Source of the DNA: Octopus vulgaris
Taxonomy: Eukaryota
DNA: 64,000 bases
Direction of reading: 5' to 3'
NCBI GenBank assembly: GCA_951406725.2
Contig: OX597817.1
Span: forward strand, 97,526,001 to 97,590,000
This document shows positions 1 through 13,309 of this stretch, one piece after another (within the stretch, counting starts at the first letter, position 1; every line of letters starts with the position of its first letter). The translations under genes were made by a program, and so were the position numbers. The notes under the pieces were generated by a model that saw only the letters and a list, made by a program, of their open reading frames with translations, was not told where the DNA came from and did not search any database.

Positions 1-437
1 CTGCACTTGGAGACAACATGATCAATGGTTTCATTTTGTTGTTGACATACACAACATGTTGGGCTACTGCTGTTCTTTAATATGTTGGCCTGGTAGTTCC
101 TTGTAGGTAGGCATTGATCTTGAGCTGCTATGATAAACCCTTCTGTTTTAGATTTTAAGCCAGAGGCCATTAGTCATTGATGGGTCAGGGCTCTGTCAAC
201 ATCTGCATTATTCACTCTCTTTGGGTATTTGCCATTGAGAGGTTTTTCTTGCCATTTATCATTCAGAATATCTAAGGCAGCAGTTTTAACACAGGTTTTC
301 ATGCGCTTAGCTTTTTCAGTGCTTGTTTCTTGTGTGTCTAATTCTGGAATTTGTTGTATTCGGAATTCACTTAGATATTCCTTTGCCTGTTTTGTTACTG
401 AGTATGATGCTTTCTTGTTTTCATGTTTTGTGACAAG
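1..437 (-). mobile_element. Dong/R4-clade non-LTR retrotransposon fragment (5'-truncated, degenerate)
   Basis: Minus strand reads WQEKPLNGKY...LKSKTEGFIIAAQDQCLPTRNYQANILKN...CCVCQQQNETIDHVVSKC: the post-RT region and CCHC knuckle of restriction-like-endonuclease elements. Abuts (TTA)n. Confidence 0.75.
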
Positions 438-835
438 TTTTATTATTATTATTATTAATTAGGGTAGTATGCTTAGCAGCATTTCTTCCAGCTTAATGTT
501 GTGAATTCAAATACTACCAAGGTCAACTTTCCTTTCATCCTTCCAGAGTTGATGTAACTGACTAGCCCCATCCCTCAAAATTACAGGCGTTGTTCAAAGG
601 ATTATTTAGGGTGATAGACTGCCAGTATCATTAAAGCATCAGACAAAATGCCTTGCAGTATAACAACCACATATGCACGACATGATGATCTCATATCAAG
701 ATAAACAGCACATGACCTTGAAGGTGAGGCCCAGTTAGAATTTTCTTCATGTCGAGTAGCCCATCCCAATCAAAAGGTCCCTGAATAAGGGTTGTTTAAG
801 GATGTACAATGAAACACCCATGTTTCCAGAGGTGA

Positions 836-1045
836 AAAGCAGTGAGCTGGCAGAATCTTTAGAATATCAGACAAAATACTTAGTGGTATTTCATCTGTTT
901 TAATGTTCTGAATTCAAATTACACCGAAGTTGACTTTGCCTTTAATCCTTTCAGGGACAATAAATTAAGTACCAGTCAAGCACTGGGATTGATATAATTG
1001 TCTAGCACCCTCCTCCAAAACTTCTGGTCTTATGCCTTAAACTAG
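836..1045 (+). mobile_element. tRNA-derived SINE (Meta-domain-like octopus SINE); partial copy also at ~461-600
   Basis: gagctggcagaa...gttctgaattcaaat (A/B-box-like) followed by gactttgcctttaatcctttcaggg...aagtaccag core; many copies in the window. Confidence 0.7.
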
Positions 1046-1949
1046 TACATACTAATTTAATTAGCAGGAAATTTATCTTGAAGGTTGGTGACAAGTCTCT
1101 TCAGATCTCAAGAATCTCTCTGAGGATTTTTGCAGAATATATCTCAATTCCAATCTCTTTCAGTCTCTTAGGCAACATTTTGAGTATTGTACCAAATGTA
1201 ACAATTACTGCAGAAATAATTGTCTGTCTTCCACAGTCTCTTCAGCTCTCTGACTACATATTTATTATTATCATTATTATTATTATTTACAGCATTAGGT
1301 TGGCAGAATCTTTACAACATGCCTTGCAATATTTCTTTCAATAGTTATTATTATTATTATTATTATTGTTATTGTATCTAATAAAAGCACAAGGCAACAA
1401 ATTAAAGAGAATAGTAAAGAGAATTAGATCAAACTCTACAGGTTACTTTAAATGATCAACCTCTGAAGAATGAAAGGTAAAGTCAAGTATGGCATGATTC
1501 AAACACAGAATGATGCTCTACTGATTCTACAAAGAAAAAAAGAAGACAAATGATAATAATAATAATAATGGTTTCTAATTCAAGAACAAGCCAACAATTT
1601 TCAGTGTAAGGAGTACTATATTTTATCAGTATTCCAAAAGTTGACCTTTGAAACCAGAATGTACAAGATAATTAATCTGGAGTTGTATCACTCTGATGAC
1701 CACTTTTTTTATATATTATTAACAATAATTACAATAACCTTAGAAATACATTTTGTAGAGTACCACAAGTGTAACATACATATGCAGTAGACAGAAAATA
1801 GCACTACTAGTTACTGTGTACATATGTACAGTATTTTCAATACAATAGAAAGTACAGAAACTAAATACTACACAAGCCATCAGAGCTGAGCAGTGAAGCA
1901 TGCAGTGAATACAAGGCACTCAAGCTACATTTGAGGATTTTTTTGTCTT

Positions 1950-2801
1950 CCTTCTTCAGGAACAGCTTGATGTATTAGTAAACAGTCAACAGCATTGGAG
2001 AGCATAAAGATTAAAGTTGTAATTGAGAAAAAGTTACCAGACAAGGAGGATCAGAAGTCATCTGAATATTGGGAAAAAAGAGTCACTTTATCATGATGAT
2101 TTGTACCAGGTATCAAAATGCTGACATCATGACTACTGCTCAATGCTCTATGAACACTGTAAAGGTTGAAAGATGTGACATGGACAGCTGCAACAGAGAC
2201 TACAAAGCTGTGGCCAGCAGGTATGGACACAGCAGACATTCTAATTGTGTCTGCATGCTGGAATTCATCTCAACATCTGTAAACAAGGCCTTAGGATCAA
2301 TTCAGATGGCTATGTGAAACTGCTGGACTATGGTCAATCACTGACTAGAGAGGGTTGCTGCTGGAAGACCATATGAGTGGTAGCAGGATTTGGCTCCATG
2401 ACATACCACTGGAAAGAACAAGTTGTCAGAGAACTTCACTAGCCCCAATTTCCAGCTTCCTAATTCTTCTGATTGTAATCCCTTGGATTACTATGTGTGG
2501 AGCACCATTAAGAAAGACACCAACTGCTCCACCTACAACTCTAAGGCCAAGTTAATGGCTCAGATAAAGGAGGTGTTCAAAGATGTTCCTATGGACACCG
2601 TGAGGAGAGTATGTGCCAGGTTCTGGAGCTATTTTGAGGCCATGATGGAAGCTGAGAGTGGCTACTTTGAGTAAACTGTTATCACCCAGCCATAATCTAG
2701 TTGATATCTTCTGATTTTTAAAAATATTTTAGCTTTAGATGGCATATTATGTTTTCAGTTCTTTTTATACAAACTGTCAAACTGAGCCTGATCACCCTGT
2801 A
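1950..2801 (+). mobile_element. Tc1/mariner (maT/DD37D-like) transposase remnant
   Basis: PNSSDCNPLDYYVW...RVCARFWSYFEAMMEAESGYFE C-terminus; right end CACCCTG+TA. Left boundary approximate. Confidence 0.7.
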
Positions 2802-3018
2802 TAAGATTACTGAGGTTAGAATTTCTATATAAAGGTATGAAGTCATAAATTTTAAAGGAAAGGTGCCATTGATTAGCAACTTATTTACACTACACTGGAA
2901 GGATGAAGTCAGTGGAATTCAAACTGAGAATGTAAAAAGATGCAACTAAATTCTGTAAACCATTTAGTCCAACAGTCCCCTGATTCTGAGATCCACAATA
3001 ATAATTCTAAATACTTAC

Positions 3019-3149
3019 TTGGTTATGGCACTGAAAAGACCTCGTACTTGAGCTCTTATACGAGATACATAAAGTTCAGTGTATAGAACATCTTTGTTGG
3101 AAGTGTCCAGATGACCTTTGATTGTGCCACCAATATTCTGTTGAACCAA
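3019..3149 (-). CDS. UFL1: UFL1 coding exon 5 (gene continues beyond the left edge)
   Basis: ttgcag|TTG...AA|gtaagt. [43 protein letters not shown] matches UFL1 ...[22 protein letters not shown]. Confidence 0.93.
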
Positions 3150-3659
3150 CTGCAAAGACAAGTTTATACATTGTCAAAATAGTAATATTTTAAATCATAG
3201 TCTATCTGTATTAGCAATTGACAATTCAACAAAGTCTTCCTTACTCAGAGATACTCCATTTTTAATGGAATAATTCTAAGTAACAAAGACAGTTAGGCAG
3301 AGGACTATTCTTTGTAGAAGATTCTGACTTAGACACATAACATGCTTTCATATGTAATTAGAGATATGAGTAGTAATGAGCATTATATCCACAACATCCC
3401 CACTAATAAGATGAAGTGTATTTATGTGGTCTCTCAACCTGCTACAAATAGAAAACAAACCAATCTGGTAAAGGATATGGAAGCATAAAGATCCTTTGAA
3501 CAGTTAGAGATTTAGAGATATTCTAAATGAAGCATTTGAAAACAAGAACAGCAAGGAGACATAACATACAAGACAAGTGGAATATAACATAGAAGGGACA
3601 ACCTACTGTGAGCTACAGACTAAATCTGTTGCTGGAGCAAAGCTCAAGCCAGACCAAGG

Positions 3660-5020
3660 ATATCATGGTGAAGAACAGGGATGTAGACAGAGCCATAAAA
3701 CAAAGAGGTAAACTTGGAAGGATTGGAATAATGGGGGCAGCAGAGAATTATACCAGATAACTAGAAAAGAAACTAAGCAACAGCTCTATTTAGCAAGGGA
3801 AGAAGCAGAAAAGAAGAGGTTTGCTAATGTTCTATGGTGTGAGGACCAGAGATATGGTGTGCTGGACATGTGAAGTGTATATGGATGGATGATGACACAT
3901 TTGCACTCAGTAATTCAGAAAAGAAAAGAGGCATGGAATTGCTATAATGAAAGGATACCAAATATAGAGAATGAATAGGAGAAAGAAGACTTCCTCATGT
4001 AACAGAGGGAACAGTCAATCTAGTTGTTAGTAGTATGATAGACAAATTAATTAAAGGTATAAAGACAAGGGAAGCCACTGGTCCATTAGGAACTACTGCT
4101 GAATGTTTAAATTATCTGGCATAGTGGGATACCTTGTATAGTTAATCAGGTTGTAAGGGAAAGTATCATACCAAACAGCTAGTGTAGCAGCAACATAGTC
4201 AACTGTTACAAGGGTAAAGATGTCTTAAAGACAGTTAGCAGTTATGGACCAGGTCATGAAAATTACTAAAAGAGTTATAGTTCAATTAAGGGAGTTAACC
4301 TAGATCAAGTGCAGTTTGGTTTCATGCTGGGGAGAAATACTACAGATTACTTGTTCTAGTAAGACAGCTGCAAAAGTGTTTAGCTAAAACTAAACTGCTG
4401 TACTTGGCATTGATCAACCTGAAGAAAGGCTTTGACAGAGTTCCTACTGTCCTAATCGTGTGATTGTTACAGAAACTAGAAATAGATGGATGGATGGTTG
4501 GCGAGAGCTTTTCAAGCCATGTACAGGGATGCTGTCAGTAAGGTGAGAGCTATCAATGAATAAAGAGATAAATTTAGTGCATAGGCAGGAGTTCACCAGG
4601 GTTTGGTTATCAGTCCCTTCCTATTTATCATAATCCTCTTGGTCATAACAGAGAGGTTTAAGACTGGTTGCCCATGGAAACTCTTCTATGATGATGTCAA
4701 TGCTTTTATAGCTGAATCTGTAGCAGAATTAGAAAAAAAATTCCAGGTGTGGAAGCAAAACCTGGAACCAAAAAGGCCCTTAAAGTTAACTTAGCAAATA
4801 GTAAAGTTCTAGTATGCAGGAAAATAGACGGGATGCTAATCCCTTCAGGTCAAAGAATGTAAAAAAGGTGCAGGTAAAAATTTCATAAGGAGTGCCTAGT
4901 GCAAAGCATGGACACATAAGAGGTGCAGTGGAATTACAGAAAGGTTAACAGATAAACAAGAGTTTGTATGTGCCAGATGTGCAGGAACAATAAACACTAA
5001 GATTACACCGGAAATGAACT
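3660..5020 (+). mobile_element. Old degenerate RTE LINE fragment
   Basis: Frameshifted similarity to the RTE RT of 61570-64000 (GCPWKLFYDD, FQVWKQNLE, WTHKRC). Confidence 0.8.
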
Positions 5021-5637
5021 TTAGAGGTAGCTTCAACTTTGCTTTGCAACAGTAGAGAGCAATGTCAGAAACGCCAGGTGGGACACCAAGCCACTTCCTG
5101 GTGTATGAGTCTTGACCTCCATCATTTCTACTTTGCTAGTGTTGATATTGTATATCAGCAAAGGCCAAAGGATCTTTGATACCAGCATGAAATGCAGGCA
5201 TCAGACTCTGTATTTTCCAGAGAGGCTACATAAGTCTATTGCCTGCAAGCTCTCCTCTGCCACTGCCTGGTTTCTTTCCCTATTTCTGTGTCATTTGGAG
5301 GGCTATCAGCTTCCAAGGCTCTTCACTGATTCTTTTAATATTGTTGGAATTGGTTGGCTGCAGTGAATGAAAACCTTATCTGCTACTTCCTGTTTCCGTA
5401 ATGAAAAGCTCCATGACTTCAGATATATATCTTTATGCTTCCTTATCCTTCTTTACTAGATGGGCTTGTGTGTGTCTGATTCCTTGTAGCTCTAACTCTA
5501 AAATCACTAAGTACTATCCTACAAACATAAATATAATGATTTCGCTGAGGCATTTCTTAAATGGTGAGCTGAGCACGATGTTCTTATAGCAGAAAAAGCT
5601 GATAGCTTTCATTACAAAGTGTTAGATAACTCCTGTT

Positions 5638-6135
5638 CATCATCATCATCATCATCGTTTAACGTCCGCTTTCCATGCTAGCATGGGCTGGATGATTTGA
5701 CTAAAGTCTGGCGAACCAGATGGCTGCACTAGGATCCAGTCTGATCTGGCAGAGTTTCTACAGCTGGATGCCCTGCCTAATGCCAACCGCTCCAAGAGTG
5801 CAGTGGGTGCTTTTACGTGCCACTGGCATGAGGGCCAGTCAGGCAGTACCGGCAATGGCCACGCTCAAATGGTGCTTTTTATGTGCCACCTGCACAGGAG
5901 CCAGTCCAGCGGCACTGGCAATGACCTTGCTTGTAAGTTTTTTCGCATGCCACCAGCACAATTGCCAGTAAGGCTACGCAGGTAACGATCATGCTCAAAT
6001 GGTGCTTTTTACGTGTCACCAGCACGGAAGCCAGTTTGTTGCTCTGGCAACAATCACACTCAGATGGTACTCTTAGCACTCCACTAGTACGGAAGCAGTC
6101 ATTGAATTTGATTTCGATTTCACTTGCCTCAAAAA
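5638..6135 (-). mobile_element. RTE 3'UTR fragment with (TGA)n tail
   Basis: catcatcatcgtttaacgtccg tail plus ~56-bp internal repeats (ggtgctttttacgtgccacc...) shared with 6336-6830 and 55500-55860. Confidence 0.8.
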
Positions 6136-8672
6136 GTCATATTTATATATATATATTTCTTTTATTCTTTTACTTGTTTCAGTCATTTGACTGCAGCCAT
6201 GCTGGTGCACTGCTTTTAGTTGAACAAACTGACCCCAGGACTTATTCTCTTGGTGTCTTTTGTTGAACCGCTAAGTTATGAGGACATAAACACATAAACA
6301 TCAGTTGTTAAGCGATGGTGGGGTGACAAATACAATCATCATCATCAATTCATGTCTGTTTTCTATGCTGCCATGGGTTGGATGGTTTGAATGAGGTCTG
6401 GAAAGCCAGCAGCTGCACCAGGCTCCAATCTAATCAGGCAATGTTTCTACAGCTGGATGCCTTCCTAACACCAGCCACTCTGAGAGTGTAGTGGGTGCAT
6501 TTTACATATCACCAGCACAGGAGCCAGTCAGGCAGGCTTGGCATTGATCACGTTCAGATAGTGCTTTTTACATGCCACGGGCATGGGAGCCAGTCAGGGG
6601 GCACTGGCATCAGCCACTTTCGGATGGTGCTTTTTACATGCCATTGGCGTGGCAACCACTCAGGCGGACCTGGCATCAACCACGTTTGGATAATGCTTTT
6701 TACATGCCGCCAGCACAGGAGCCAGTCAGGGGGCAATGGTATCAACACACTCAGGTGATGCATTTTACATGCTACCAAAATGGGAGCCAGTCAGGGGAAA
6801 ACAGCCACAGTTACAATTTTGGTTTTACTTGACTCAACAGGTCTTCTCAAACAAATCATATCACCACACAGTAAGTGTACTTTTAAATGGGCCATGCATG
6901 CAACATTGGCATCAGCTATGGCTGCAATCTCATTTTAGTTGCCAGATCTTCTCAATCACAGCATATATCCAAAGGTTTTGGTCTCCTGTCATTGCCTCTG
7001 TGAGGCCCAATGTTCGAAGGTCATGCTTCGCCACCTCATCCCAGGTTTTCCACAGGCTGCTTTCACAGTTAGGGTGTGGGACTTCCTCACACAACTGTCC
7101 TCATTCATACAGAACACATGACCATACCAGCAAAGTCGTCTCTCTTGCACACCAAATTTGATGCTTCTTATGTCCAACTTTTCTCTCAGGGTGCTCACAC
7201 TCTGTCATGTATGCACACTGACATTACACATCCAGCGGATCATACTAGCTTCATTTCTTTCTAGCCTATGCATGTCTTCAGCAGTCATCGCCCATGTTTC
7301 ACTGCCATGTAGCATAACAGTTTGCACACATGCATCAGGCAGTCTACTTTTAATCCTGAGCAAGAGGCCCTTAGCTGCCAGCAGAGGTAGGAGACCCCTG
7401 AACTTTGCCCAGGCTATTCTTATTCTAGCTGCAACACCCTCAGAGCAACCATCTCCACTAAAGACTTGGTTGCATAGGTAGCAGAAACTATCAACTACTT
7501 CTAGTTTTTCTCCTGGCATGTGATGGAATCTGCTTTCTGTACATCTTCAGTGTTTATTGCCCCTATGCATCTGCTACACACAAAAACTATCTTCCCAGTT
7601 AACCTTCTTTTGATATTGCTGCAACTTTTATGTGTCCATAGCTTACACCAGGTATATCGTATGGAGTTTCTACCCACACCTCTTCTTCAGATCGAGCAGG
7701 GCCATCTACCTGAAGGGGTTTGTGATTTGTCAGCCTTCCTATATAATAAGACTTTGGTTTTTGCTAGGTTAACTGTAAGGCTCTTCGATTCTAGATCTTG
7801 CTTCCACACCCTAAACTCCGTCTCTACTTCTGGTAGTAACGTGGCTATTAGAGAAAGGTCATCAGCATAGAGGAGCTCACAGGGGTAGTCTGTCTTGAAT
7901 TCCTGTTATTGCCTGGTGGTCTATGATGAATAAGAGGATGCTGAGGACTGAACCTTGGTGAAACCCTACTGCTGCCTGGAATTCTTCAATATACTCATTG
8001 CTAACCCTCACCTTACTGACAGAATCCCCGTACAGGGCTTGTACAGCACTTACCAACCACCTGTCTATCCCCAGTTTCCACAATGACCACCAGATAAGGG
8101 ATCAAGGGATCCTGTCAAAATCTTTCTCCAAGTCAACAAAAGCCAAGTATAGGGGTTTATCTTTGGCTAGGTATTTCTCATGCAGTTGCCTTACCAGAAA
8201 TATAGCATCAGTGGTGTTTCTGCCTGGCACAAAACCAAACTGCATCTCATCTAAGCTAACTCTCTCTATAATTAGTTGGGCTGTAACTTTCATCACTTGA
8301 CCCAATAATTTGATACCCCTGTAGTTATTTTTATCTAAAGAATCACCTTTACCTTTGTAGCAGTTGACTATGGTGCTGCTAAACCAGTGATTGAGTATGA
8401 CTCCTTCATGAACTACCTGATTTACAATGCAGGTGACAAGACCATAACCCACACCACCCAATATCTTAAGCATCTCAGTGGTGATTCCTGATGGGCCAGG
8501 TGCTTTCCCTGTCTTCATATCCTTAATTGCTTTATCTACCACGGTACTGTCAATTCGGGGAGCTTGTCCCTCAATTGGGTCAACTTTTGGCAGACTCTCC
8601 TCCTCCCATTCATTCTCCACATTCAACAGTCTTTCATAATGGCATCTCCAAGCCTCTTTCTTTGCAGAATCA

Positions 8673-9884
8673 TTAACCCTTTCATTACTAACCTGGCCAT
8701 ACCAGGCCGAGAGAACCTATTGTTATTTAAATGTAAATTTGAACCCAAATCTCATTGGTACATTCGTTAAAACACATGATTTCACTTTGTAAATAGTTGG
8801 GTTATAGTATCCGAAATTGCTTGACCTGATATCTAAACTCAGTGAATTTTGGGAGATTTTTTTTCCACATTTTTTTCAGCATCGATTTTTCTTCAACTTT
8901 GAAAATGGATAGGAGTTTCATGTTATCAAGCATTGATTCCAAATTTAAAGCTTTTTCAACGGAAAATAGGGAGATATCGAGAAAAAGAATGAATGAGGTA
9001 CAAAAGCACATGGTGTACGAGAATGAATAGGATATTTCGGTATCCGAAACTGAAAGCAGCGATTCTGAAGAAACTGAAAGCAGCGATAGCAACAGCAAAG
9101 ATGATTTTACATCGGAATGAAGTAAAAATGTTTTTATTAGTAATTTTTCTGAGGAGATAGGGTCTATCCATAGTCTTTCTTAGGAAGCGAAACCGTTAGA
9201 CTTTTATTTGTTTCAGTATGCTTGTTTGAAGTGATCACTGTTACGCAGAATGTAAACAAACACAAAATGGGAGATCAAAGTTTGGAAAATTTGTGAAGCA
9301 AATACTGGGTACTGTTGTGGATTTAGTTTTTATACAGGGAAAATAATGTTAGTCAGCATGGCCTAGGGAACGATGTGGTCTGGAATTTATTACTTCCATA
9401 CCATAACCAGGACCGTATATTATTTTTTGACCAATTTCTTTAGTTCGGTCAAACTTGCTGTGGATTTAGGTGGATTCCAATATTTCAGTTTATTCCACCT
9501 TTATGGTACACCTGTTCTGTTGTGCAGTAAATTCAACTGATGATCTATTGATGTGCACAATTCTTCTTTATCAAAATTTTGTTGCATACCCAATTGAATA
9601 TTAGCTGATGATTCATTTTCTAAACAAAACTTTAATATTTTTACCTTTTGCTCAGTTTACCGGGATTTACCTGTAATTAAAGTCACTTTGAGACAAAAGT
9701 TATGCAATAGAATTGATTAAGAACCCTTTCTTTAATTATGTTCCAAATATTACATTAATATGTTGATAAGTAAAAAAGTTACAGTTATTTAATGAAACAA
9801 GCCTAAATTCATGATTATTTTAGAATTTAATTGAAACTCATGAGGGGTGTATTTTGGTCAGAAATATAGTAACGAAAAGGTTAA
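8673..9884 (+). mobile_element. Non-autonomous piggyBac element inserted in the RTE
   Basis: TTAA-CCCTTTCATTAC...GTAACGAAAAGG-TTAA. Removing it restores the RTE frame MDDGALGFNDSAKKEAW. Confidence 0.9.
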
Positions 9885-11842
9885 ACCCAAGGGCACCATC
9901 ATCCATTTCTCTCATATGACATCACAATTTTCTCTCACACAATGTCTTGCAATCTGAAATACTTCAGTTCTTCGATCGTCATGAGGCTGAACTTTTTCTT
10001 TTCTGCTAATCCCTTGGCTATATATACCTATCTCCTAGCTTCCCTTTTGACTATCTGATACAGTCCCCTGCTACCTCCACTCTTCCAGGCCTGTTTCTTT
10101 GCTCTAATGGCCCTGTCTACTGTACTGTTCCACCACCATGGTACTCTAGATCTGGAAGGAACTTTGCACCAGCCACAGATTTGGTCTGTGGTACTCAGCA
10201 GGCTGTCCCGCAGGAATTCCCAGCAGCCTAAGTCACAGAACTGTAGCTCCTCCTCCCTATCATCAAATTTCACAGTAAGGATATCCCTAAATCTCTGACC
10301 ATGTGAAGGGTTCTTAAGCTTCCAAGTCCTTCTTTTCCAAATTGGTCTGCTTTTTGGCCTCGAGTCCAAAGTCATTAATAACTAGTCTATGCTGGGGGGT
10401 ACATTCTTTATCAGGGAGGGTCTTTGTATTTGAGAGCAACCATGCATCCCACTGTCTGAGGAGAATGAAATCAATCTGGCTAGCAGAGTCACCTGATTGA
10501 TAGGTTATCAGGTGGCTAGCTGCTTCCTGAAGTTGGTGTTGAAGATCAATAGGTTATTTGCATTTCAGAACTCCAGGAGCCTAGTTCCCTTTTCATTTCT
10601 GGTACCAACTCCATGGTCTGCATGTACACCATGGGTGATACCAGCTTGCTGTCCAACATGCCCATTAAAATCACCAGCCACAAAGATGAGATCATTGTCA
10701 TTCATCTTTGAGGTAGCCTGCAGAAGAATATCATAAAAGTGATCCTTCTGTTCATTCGGTAGGCCCTCTTGTGAGGCATAGGCAGAGATAATTGTAGCTA
10801 TACCATTCTGCAAGACTAGCCTGAGTTTAAGTACTCTATCGCACACCCTCACTACCTCTATGACCTTATCCACTCATTTCTCTGCAAGAAGTATGCCCAC
10901 ACACCCTATGCCATCACTGTTACCTTCGCAGAAGAGTCTATACCTATGTGCTTTGCCTATGAGGACTCTGGCTGAAGCTCCTCTCCACCTTACCTCTTGT
11001 ACGCAACATACATCAACACGTCTCCGTTCAAGCATCTCTACAATCTCACTAGAGCTGCCTTTCAATGTGCCTACATTTACAGTGCCAACTCTGAAAACTG
11101 GGAAACACAGGTAGCGATGTTATTCAACACCTGAAAAGAAGGTTCCCATGATCATTTGGTAACAGACATCAGAATAGTTGTTCTTGCTTTTAATGTTCCG
11201 TCATTCAAACATGTTAGAATTAAGGTTGTTGCCTCCACTGCTTGAGGGAGTAAGGAAGCATTGTATATAAAAGTGTTTGGAGAATTGTAAATATAAGCGT
11301 TATGAGCATTGTGGATGTAAGCATTACTGATGCTGCAGATACAAAAAGTAAAAAAAAGAGAGAGAGAATGAGGGAGAGAGAGAGAGAATGAGGGAGGAAG
11401 AGAGAGAGAGAGAATGAGGGAGGAAGAGAGAGAGAAGTAGAAGTACAAATATGCAAATGTTAAATAGGGTAAGTGGGCTGCTATCTGTTTTAGTTAGTCC
11501 AGAGACAGGGAGAGAAAGGAAAGGGTGGAGAGATTACCAATATAAGAGAGGGATGGAAGGGAAAGGTAACTGGCTGTCTGGTAAGAGAAATGAAATTTCC
11601 AGTATTGGTGGTGGGGGCAGGAGAGTATAAACTGACGAAAGTCTGAGATGGGGGTGGGAGAACAGGTGCGGAGGAGACAGCTGGAAATGGATGAAGATGG
11701 CAGATTTCGCCCTACAGAGTAAGAGAAATAGCAGTTAGTAGCCACTACAACCAGGAACAAGAGAGATACAAACAGAAAAGAAATTATTTTAGAGAACTGT
11801 ACGAAATATGTATGTATATGTATATATATATATATATATATA

Positions 11843-12740
11843 TCATCATCATCATCGTTTAACGTCCGTTTTCCGCGCTAGCACGGGTTGGACGGTTTGA
11901 CCGGGGTCTGGAAAGCCAGAGGCCGCTCCAGGCTCCAGTCTGATCTGGCAGAGTTTCTACGGCTGGATGCCCTTCCTAACGCCAACCACTCCGCGAGTGG
12001 AGTGGGTGCTTTTTACGTGCCACCTGCACAGGGGCCGGGGGGTCCGGCATCGGTCACGATCGGTTCAAGCTTTTTTAGAGTTGAGTTGGGGGGGGGTCTA
12101 GCTGAGAAAGGTTCCACCAGTGGAAAGAGAGGGAGAGATAGTGGGGTGTGCAGGTAATATAGGGAAGCACCAGTGGGGAAGGTTGGGTAAGGAGGAACGA
12201 TGACAAGGAAGGGTTGGTGCAGAAGAAATAAAAACGTAGGATATCACGAGACGGGGAGGGGACTGGAAGGAGATAGTCGGATTGAGGCAGTGACAGATTC
12301 TAAACAGGAGGTAACGTAAGATCAGTGGGGCAGTTAATGAGCTGCAGTGCTAGCAGCTTGTCTTGGTGGGGGGAAGGGGTAGTACACAGTGAAAGCATGT
12401 GAGAAGGAGGGGTAGGAGGGAGAGACACATGCAATGGTGGTGGGGGAGGAGGAGGGAGGAGGGCATATCCGGTGTAGATGGTGAGAACAGTGTTCACCGG
12501 TATTGGTGTTCACCGGTATTGGTGGTGGGGGTGGGAGGCGGGTGCACCGCCGAATGGCGGAAAGATGGAATTAAGGATTGAACGTTAAAGAGGGTTAAAT
12601 TTTGTAGAGAAAGATAAGCAAGTTACTGTATGAGTACAGACATTTAACAATAGTAACGAATGAGCACGAATGAGAAGTAACGAATGAGTACGAGTGAGGT
12701 ACGAAAGATAATGAGATAAAAATGTTTTTGTAACTTGCTA
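11843..12740 (-). mobile_element. Short non-autonomous RTE-derived (bipartite) retroelement in a (TA)n tract
   Basis: RTE 3' tail/3'UTR at 11843-12070 is joined to a region carrying the RTE 5'UTR motif CCCACCACCAATACCGG; (TA)n on both sides; no ORF. Confidence 0.6.
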
Positions 12741-13309
12741 TATATATATATATAGTCAAGAAACAAGGAAAGGATTATTTTTGAGAGCGAGATTTCAATT
12801 TGGAAGTTATTTGATGAATTAATATAAATGTTTACAGTTTATAAAAGCAACCATGAACAAGAGAGAGTCATTTTAGGGAGCAGAGCAAACAAGAAAGAAT
12901 TATTTTAGAGAGAAATACGAAATATGTATATACGTGTAGCCAAGAAGCAAGGTTAGTCATTTTGGAGGGCAGAACAAACCAGAAGGAATTATTTTAGAGA
13001 ATAGTATGAAATATGTATATATATGTAGACAAGAAACAAGGTTAGTAATGTTGCGAGTTAGATGGATCTGAATGAATGAGGCGATTAAAAACAGAAATTC
13101 TTAACTTAGCTGTGCATAATTTTGAGTGTTATAAAACGGCAAAACACATGGTATAAACTGACGAAAGTCTGAGATGGGTGGAGGAGGAACAGGTGTGGAG
13201 GTGATAGCCAGAAATGGACGAAGATGGCAGATTTCACCCTAGGATGTAAGAGAAATAGCAGTAAGTAGCCATTGCAACCAGGAACAAGAGAGATATGATA
13301 TATAACTTG

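Larger units (their letters stand above)
6336..13295 (-). mobile_element. Near full-length degenerate RTE LINE (EN+RT+PHD), interrupted by a piggyBac and a short RTE derivative
   Basis: Tail at 6336; 3'UTR repeats; RT (LYADD, FVDLEKDFD); APE endonuclease (GDFNGHVG, VCCVQEVRW) up to ~11130. Assignment of 11130-13295 as its 5' region is tentative. Confidence 0.8.
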
